Source of the DNA: a virus
Taxonomy: Duplodnaviria > Heunggongvirae > Uroviricota > Caudoviricetes
Length of the DNA stretch: 6,709 nucleotides
Reading direction: 5' to 3' (one strand)
IMG/VR virus record: IMGVR_UViG_2802429221_000016
Span: 1 to 6,709 of that record
Shown here: positions 1-3,221 of the stretch, one piece after another
Layout: the number at the start of each line of letters is the position of its first letter
Numbering within the stretch: position 1 is the first letter of the stretch
The notes under the pieces: model-generated
Database searches by the model: none
What the model was told of the DNA's origin: nothing
Seen by the model: the letters and a program-made list of their open reading frames with translations, nothing else
Made by a program: the position numbers and the translations under genes

Positions 1-996
1 TTAACCCACTAGCCAGATCAACATCACAATGATGACGACGAATAATATCCACAGGCTGGGGCGCATTGACATTTCTTTCATCGTGTCAATTAATGGGGTA
101 AATGGATTGAGCAGCGGTTGAATATCACGCGGTTCAATGCCTTTCACCCGCCGCTGATAGAGCTGGTTAAGGATATCTTCGGCCTGTGCAGACGTCAGGG
201 CTGATTGTGTTGAAAGCCCATACTTTTGCTCAACATACGTCGATAATACCGTCAACTCGCTTGCATCCAGTGGCTGCTTTAGCGCCATCTGGAGTGACTC
301 CAGCGTCGGAGTGTGTTGCTGACTTAACGCCTGACGGGCCTGTAACCAGGTGACCAGATGGTTAAACAGTTTCGCCGGAATCAACTCGCCATCTTTCACC
401 CCTGAAAGTTCCAGCATCGATTGCCAAATCTGTTTGCTGGGTTCCCCTGTTGCCGCCGCGAGTTTGGTGACCAGTTGCTTGAGCGTATTGTGTTCCGCTG
501 GTAATAAAGGTCGGTCGGTCGCCTGGCGCTGTTGCGGCTGCGGGATAACCATCTTCCCTTCCTGTAGTAGCGTCAGGACGGTTTTTAATTGCTCTGGTGA
601 GAGTTGATTTAGCGGCGTCTGACCAAAGTTATGCCGGATATAATCCGTGACGGCCTGACGATTATTCCCCAGACGTAAATACTCCCCCAATTGGGCCAAA
701 AGTTGGCGGACAGAATAACTTTTTTGCGCAGACAGCAAACGTTGCGCAAGGTTTTGTTCTGCTGCCGGGAAATGGCGTGAAAGCAAAGGTGAATCACCCG
801 GCAGACCGATGTCGTGCTTTATATTGGCCCACAACTCTGCGCTCTGCTGTTGCGTCAGCGAAGTCACTTTGATCATCAAACTTTCCAACGCGGTACGTTG
901 CAAGCTGGATAAAGGCTGATTGCCTGCGCCAGACGACAGGTTATCCCCCTGACCTGGTGGTTGCGCAGGAGGAGGGCCTGAAAGAGGTTGTATCAT
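1..996 (-). CDS. flk: Flk-like tail-anchored inner-membrane protein (flagellar regulator Flk), complete
   Basis: 331-aa ORF. ATG at 996..994 with AAGGA Shine-Dalgarno 7 nt upstream (plus coords 1004-1008, read on minus strand). Pro/Gln-rich N-terminus MIQPLSGPPPAQPPGQGDNL and a single hydrophobic anchor SLWILFVVIIVMLIWLVG directly before the stop. Length, C-terminal anchor and position next to pdxB match enterobacterial Flk as I remember it; not verified by search. Confidence 0.7.
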   Translation of the reverse strand: MIQPLSGPPPAQPPGQGDNLSSGAGNQPLSSLQRTALESLMIKVTSLTQQQSAELWANIKHDIGLPGDSPLLSRHFPAAEQNLAQRLLSAQKSYSVRQLLAQLGEYLRLGNNRQAVTDYIRHNFGQTPLNQLSPEQLKTVLTLLQEGKMVIPQPQQRQATDRPLLPAEHNTLKQLVTKLAAATGEPSKQIWQSMLELSGVKDGELIPAKLFNHLVTWLQARQALSQQHTPTLESLQMALKQPLDASELTVLSTYVEQKYGLSTQSALTSAQAEDILNQLYQRRVKGIEPRDIQPLLNPFTPLIDTMKEMSMRPSLWILFVVIIVMLIWLVG

Positions 997-1095
997 TACG
1001 TATCCTTATACCTGAAATCATCGCAAGTATGCCTGGCCGCGAGATTATGGCACACTTGTCCGGTTAACTCTCGTTCTCATACAGGTAGCACAAAC

Positions 1096-1140
1096 GTGAA
1101 AATCCTTGTTGATGAAAAAGATGATCGGTTAATTTATTGA
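1096..1140 (+). pseudogene. pdxB: 5' remnant of pdxB (erythronate-4-phosphate dehydrogenase): native start plus 7 codons, then foreign sequence and a stop
   Basis: GTG at 1096 preceded by AGGT (1083-1086) reads M-K-I-L-V-D-E, identical to the PdxB N-terminus as I recall it (MKILVDENMPYA...). It then reads K-D-D-R-L-I-Y-stop (TGA 1138-1140) instead of N-M-P-Y-A. It is divergent from flk, as pdxB is in E. coli/Salmonella. The match is only 7 residues, so this rests on context and needs alignment to a reference. Confidence 0.4.
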
Positions 1141-1160
1141 TATAAAAGGATTTATATCAA
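1137..1160. repeat. Perfect 10-bp inverted repeat TTGATATAAA-agga-TTTATATCAA just inside the junction
   Basis: Read directly: 1137-1146 is the reverse complement of 1151-1160, with a 4-bp spacer. It overlaps the stop of the pdxB remnant. Candidate recombinase/regulator binding site or element-terminal structure; function not established. Confidence 0.5.
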
Positions 1161-1199
1161 CGTATGTCCACGCAGTGACCACATTTTCGAGATATAGTT

Positions 1200-1230
1200 A
1201 AAGCCCGTAAAATATGCGGGCTTTATAATT
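1200..1230 (+). terminator. Intrinsic-terminator-like hairpin followed by a U-rich tract
   Basis: AAAGCCCG (1200-1207) pairs with CGGGCTTT (1217-1224) around a 9-nt loop, followed by TATAATTCTTGCTTT. It would stop read-through from the native pdxB promoter into the element. The stem is flanked by A and T runs, so it could also act weakly on the minus strand. Confidence 0.4.
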
Positions 1231-1231
1231 C

Positions 1232-1261
1232 TTGCTTTGCCCTCTTTTCAAACCATAAAAT
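1232..1261 (+). promoter_or_regulatory. Candidate sigma70 promoter for the moron gene
   Basis: TTGCTT (1232-1237), 18-bp spacer, TAAAAT (1256-1261); predicted start about 1268, roughly 49 nt upstream of the ATG. Hexamer match only, AT-rich background, so weak. Confidence 0.3.
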
Positions 1262-1316
1262 TTGTGTGCCTTTTTGGGGTGGTTAGTTTTATCTTTGATA
1301 TTATGGAGAATTATTC

Positions 1317-2057
1317 ATGCTTCATTGGGTTTGTACAAAATGTCAGTCTAAAAATTCTACGAAGGAATCAGTGTGTCCTGCGTGTGGAACTTCTTTTTGG
1401 TCGACGCAGAAAAAAGAAAGGAGAGGGTGTTTATTGTTGGTTGTAATGTTCTTCGTTGTGTTTTGGGTTATTGGGCAATTATCCGGAAACGAATCCGATT
1501 CACAGGTAAATAATATTCCATCGAAAGATCATATTAGCGATGAACTTGCTTTATCTGGAGTAGACAAGGCGAAACCGTATTCTTTTGTGCGTTATGATGA
1601 CATAAGTTATGCGGGACGAAAGAGATTTAAGGTTTTTATAGTGTCGCCTGAGTCTCAAGATTTAGAATCAAGAGCTTCGACAGCAATGGCCGCGGCTATT
1701 GAGTGGCAGAAAGAGAAGAGAGCTGACTTTGTATCTGTGTTGCTTCTACCTACAGAAAATTCTGAAGGTAGTTATCGGTTGGCAATGGTTGATTATTCTC
1801 CGGATGGTTGCGGAACTGGTGCTGTATGTGATAATAAAAAATGGACTATATTGTCTAGTGACGTAATATTAACGAAATCGCAACTTCAATCTATATCCTT
1901 GTGGAATGAGTATAAGAAAAAGTTTGCGGGTAATGATGGAATTTTGGATTTAAAGGAAGAAAAGAAATTGAAGCAGTTTATTAGTAAACAGCTAAATATT
2001 CCTGTTAAGGATGTATTTGCTCCAGATATTTTTCCTTTAAAGAAAATCGAAGATTAA
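1317..2057 (+). CDS. Moron-like membrane protein: N-terminal Cys4 zinc ribbon, one TM helix, about 190-aa C-terminal domain; function unknown
   Basis: 246-aa ORF with GGAG (1305-1308) 8 nt before the ATG. CxxC-x10-CxxC (C6, C9, C20, C23), basic stretch QKKERRG, hydrophobic segment CLLLVVMFFVVFWVIGQL (about residues 38-55), then a hydrophilic domain containing a CGTGAVC cysteine pair. Positive-inside rule suggests N-in/C-out. Visibly AT-rich relative to flanks (by eye, not computed). Followed by a terminator. I do not recognise the C-terminal domain. Confidence 0.8.
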   Translation: MLHWVCTKCQSKNSTKESVCPACGTSFWSTQKKERRGCLLLVVMFFVVFWVIGQLSGNESDSQVNNIPSKDHISDELALSGVDKAKPYSFVRYDDISYAGRKRFKVFIVSPESQDLESRASTAMAAAIEWQKEKRADFVSVLLLPTENSEGSYRLAMVDYSPDGCGTGAVCDNKKWTILSSDVILTKSQLQSISLWNEYKKKFAGNDGILDLKEEKKLKQFISKQLNIPVKDVFAPDIFPLKKIED

Positions 2058-2128
2058 CAAAATAAATAGACGAGACTGAATTAGTATTATTGTAATCTTT
2101 AACTGGTACCCTCACTTGTGAGGGCACC

Positions 2129-2172
2129 AAAAAGAAAACCCGCAGTTTTTACGCTGCGGGTTTCTGCTTTGG
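2129..2172. terminator. Bidirectional intrinsic terminator between the convergent moron and hok transcripts
   Basis: Hairpin CCCGCAG (2139-2145) / CTGCGGG (2154-2160) with an 8-nt loop. Plus strand: followed by TTTCTGCTTT (2161-2170). Minus strand: followed by UUUUCUUUUU (complement of 2129-2138). A second imperfect hairpin (2105-2128, CCCTCA...TGAGGG) sits immediately next to it. Confidence 0.6.
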
Positions 2173-2216
2173 GATGTGTATAGGGTGCCTTATCGACCTT
2201 ACCCTGGCAACCGATT

Positions 2217-2251
2217 GACGGGGAAGTTGCCTTCCCCGTCGCGGTTTTCTT
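2217..2251. other. Perfect 10-bp palindromic hairpin abutting the hok stop codon
   Basis: GACGGGGAAG (2217-2226), loop TTGC, CTTCCCCGTC (2231-2240), then GCGG + TTTTCTT on the plus strand. It could be a second plus-strand terminator, or, read on the minus strand, a structured element in the hok 3' UTR. Confidence 0.4.
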
Positions 2252-2393
2252 ACTGTCTACACTGTAAGAACGCCGCAAACTCCGCTCCCCAGAAGCTCAT
2301 CCGTATCTCGCAGAGCGAACCCTGCAACATCCAGATGATGAGGATTGCCGTCACGCACAGTGTGGTGATGGCGATTAGCGATTTTTGCGACAT
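2250..2393 (-). CDS. hok: Hok/Gef-family type I toxin (small membrane-depolarising peptide), 47 aa
   Basis: Not in the ORF track (below its length cut-off). Minus-strand ATG at 2393..2391 with AGGAG 8 nt upstream; stop TAA at 2252..2250. Translation: MSQKSLIAITTLCVTAILIIWMLQGSLCEIRMSFWGAEFAAFLQCRQ. It shares the family layout (N-terminal TM helix, then W-M-x-x-x-S-L-C-E-I/L, then E-x-A-A-F-L-x-C) with E. coli HokA (...FTWMIRDSLCELHIKQESYELAAFLACKLKE) and R1 Hok (...[25 protein letters not shown]), both quoted from memory. Confidence 0.8.
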   Translation of the reverse strand: MSQKSLIAITTLCVTAILIIWMLQGSLCEIRMSFWGAEFAAFLQCRQ

Positions 2394-2496
2394 AGCGCTT
2401 GCTCCTTTTTCGGGGAGGCGCTAACCTACGACTTGCGAAGGTTGTATGGCTAGGGCCTCGGGTTAACGTTAAAGTTGACTCGGGGCCTTTCCACAT
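2257..2496 (-). CDS. mok: mok-like overlapping reading frame (modulator of hok translation)
   Basis: 79-codon ORF in a different frame that begins upstream of hok and overlaps nearly all of it, ending 7 nt from the hok stop. ATG at 2496 with GAAGG upstream. The protein is low-complexity and basic, as expected for a frame that exists for translational coupling rather than for its product. The true start could be internal. Confidence 0.4.
   Translation of the reverse strand: MWKGPESTLTLTRGPSHTTFASRRLAPPRKRSKRYVAKIANRHHHTVRDGNPHHLDVAGFALRDTDELLGSGVCGVLTV
2454..2487 (+). other. Strand-specific RNA hairpin (14 bp with three G-U pairs) antisense to the mok 5' region
   Basis: GGCCTCGGGTTAAC (2454-2467) pairs with GTTGACTCGGGGCC (2474-2487) around loop GTTAAA. 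All three non-Watson-Crick positions are G-U/U-G on the plus-strand RNA and would be C-A mismatches on the minus-strand RNA. Candidate part of a Sok-like antisense RNA; only TTT follows, so it is not a convincing terminator on its own. Confidence 0.3.
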
Positions 2497-2546
2497 TCGG
2501 CCTTCGGGTTTACCCTCCAGCCATCAGCCGAAAGGCACCCGCGCGA

Positions 2547-2576
2547 ATTCTAGCCTGGTTTTTTCCCTTGTTTCAA
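2547..2576 (-). promoter_or_regulatory. Candidate sigma70 promoter for the hok/mok mRNA
   Basis: On the minus strand: TTGAAA (plus coords 2576..2571), 18-bp spacer, TAGAAT (2552..2547); predicted start about 2540, giving a transcript of about 410 nt to the terminator at about 2130. Hexamer match only. Confidence 0.3.
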
Positions 2577-2580
2577 TCCG

Positions 2581-2610
2581 TTGAGACTTATCAGCCTTCT
2601 GATGTAAAAT
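2581..2610 (+). promoter_or_regulatory. Near-consensus sigma70 promoter of the candidate sRNA
   Basis: TTGAGA (2581-2586), 18-bp spacer, TAAAAT (2605-2610). It is back-to-back with the candidate hok promoter; the two -35 elements are 4 bp apart. Confidence 0.45.
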
Positions 2611-2616
2611 TCCCGA

Positions 2617-2681
2617 CCGCAGACATTATTCAGTCACGCATTTGATACATGCTTCCGCCGGCGTTCGCGCCGGTTTTTTTT
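2617..2681 (+). ncRNA. Candidate small RNA, about 65 nt, from promoter to intrinsic terminator
   Basis: Predicted start about 2616-2619, 7-9 nt after the -10. The 3' end is a hairpin CCGGCG (2658-2663), loop TTCG, CGCCGG (2668-2673) followed by eight T (2674-2681). No plausible ORF inside (the only ATG frame runs through the terminator). Sok-like antitoxin RNAs are about this size, but this unit overlaps the hok mRNA only if that mRNA starts to the right of 2681; identity unresolved. Confidence 0.4.
2656..2681 (+). terminator. Textbook Rho-independent terminator (GC stem, UUCG tetraloop, U8)
   Basis: Read directly: perfect 6-bp GC stem, extendable by one G-U pair, UUCG loop, eight consecutive T. 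Plus-strand specific (no U-run on the other side). Confidence 0.7.
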
Positions 2682-2915
2682 CGTCCTGTTGCTGCATAGA
2701 TCGTCATGCGCGATCGAGGCGCGGTATTGATCCTTTTTCAGTTTAATTTTGACTCTCAATTTTACGCATGCCGCGCCGCGTCTGGCTTCGTTGTTTGACG
2801 ATTTTTTGATGCGATCCTTTCGTGATCGTTTCCCGTCTCGCGTAAAATGCAAAAACTCTTTTAATATCATGCGGTTTTATTGCCCCTGCCATTTATGCGA
2901 TCGTAAAAACCACTC

Positions 2916-3020
2916 TGAAAACTGAAAAAAATTTCAAAGCGTGAAATTTCAGATCTTCGCTTTTCCCTCAGTTGCTGCGCGGGCTGGCGGTCATTTTTGC
3001 ACGGCAGAAAACTGAAAAAC
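2916..3020. repeat. A-tract repeat cluster: two copies of GAAAACTGAAAAA plus TGAAA/TTTCA palindromes
   Basis: GAAAACTGAAAAA at 2917-2929 and again at 3007-3019 (13/13). TGAAA-aaaa-TTTCA at 2923-2936 and the perfect 10-bp palindrome TGAAATTTCA at 2942-2951. Non-coding; candidate regulator or nucleoid-protein binding sites. Confidence 0.5.
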
Positions 3021-3033
3021 TGTTTCGACACAA

Positions 3034-3100
3034 AACCCGCGGGTTGGAGGGGGTAGCGCGGTTTACGTCACCTCACGCTTTACGTCACACCGTTTACGTG
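3034..3100. repeat. 12-bp perfect palindrome followed by three direct repeats of TTTACGT(C/G)
   Basis: AACCCGCGGGTT (3034-3045) is self-complementary. TTTACGTCA at 3062-3070 and 3079-3087, and TTTACGTG at 3093-3100, spaced 17 and 14 bp. Lies just downstream of the terminator-like hairpin that follows the 565-aa gene. Candidate operator / iteron / arm-type protein-binding array. Confidence 0.5.
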
Positions 3101-3149
3101 GTGTGCGCATACAGCGCCGGAATGGCACGCAGAACGCATTAATCATGTG

Positions 3150-3184
3150 GCAGATATGAAAACGCACGACCGGAGCCGTGCGTT
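3150..3184 (-). terminator. Candidate intrinsic terminator of the minus-strand structural operon
   Basis: AACGCACG (3161-3168) pairs with CGTGCGTT (3177-3184) around an 8-nt loop, about 40 nt after the stop at 3222-3224. On the minus-strand RNA it is followed by UUUUCAUAUCU. Confidence 0.4.
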
Positions 3185-3221
3185 GCGTGATGGGCGTTTA
3201 TGGGGGTTTTATGCCCGGTGA

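Noticed and set aside
350-797. Two ORFs (85 aa plus strand, 62 aa minus strand) inside flk
   Set aside because: Both are embedded in or antisense to the complete 331-aa flk frame and are typical alternative-frame artefacts.
1137-1160. Terminal inverted repeat of an insertion sequence
   Set aside because: No matching inverted copy elsewhere in the window and no transposase ORF; better explained as a local palindrome at the element junction.
1317-1400. Possibility that the moron N-terminus is an Ogr/Delta-type late-gene activator zinc finger
   Set aside because: Ogr/Delta proteins are about 70-80 aa with CxxC-x22-CxxxxC spacing. Here the spacing is CxxC-x10-CxxC and it is followed by a TM helix and a large domain.
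1237-1446. 69-aa plus-strand ORF overlapping the start of the moron gene
   Set aside because: It is in a different frame from, and overlaps, the well-supported 246-aa ORF that has a proper GGAG RBS. It has no RBS of its own and an implausible composition.
2176-2584. Plus-strand ORFs of 82 aa and 61 aa across the hok locus
   Set aside because: They are antisense to hok/mok, lack RBSs, and have low-complexity translations. The plus strand here is more plausibly non-coding antisense RNA.
2634-2870. 78-aa highly basic minus-strand ORF
   Set aside because: Extreme Arg/Lys content with no hydrophobic core or recognisable fold. Its 3' end overlaps the strong plus-strand terminator and the sRNA unit. 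Likely an artefact of AT-rich non-coding DNA.
2060-3221. tRNA gene, tmRNA or CRISPR array in the long non-coding interval
   Set aside because: No T-arm/T-loop consensus (GGTTCGAATCC or its complement) and no cloverleaf-compatible inverted repeats. The repeats present are short, few and unequally spaced, with no repeat-spacer periodicity.
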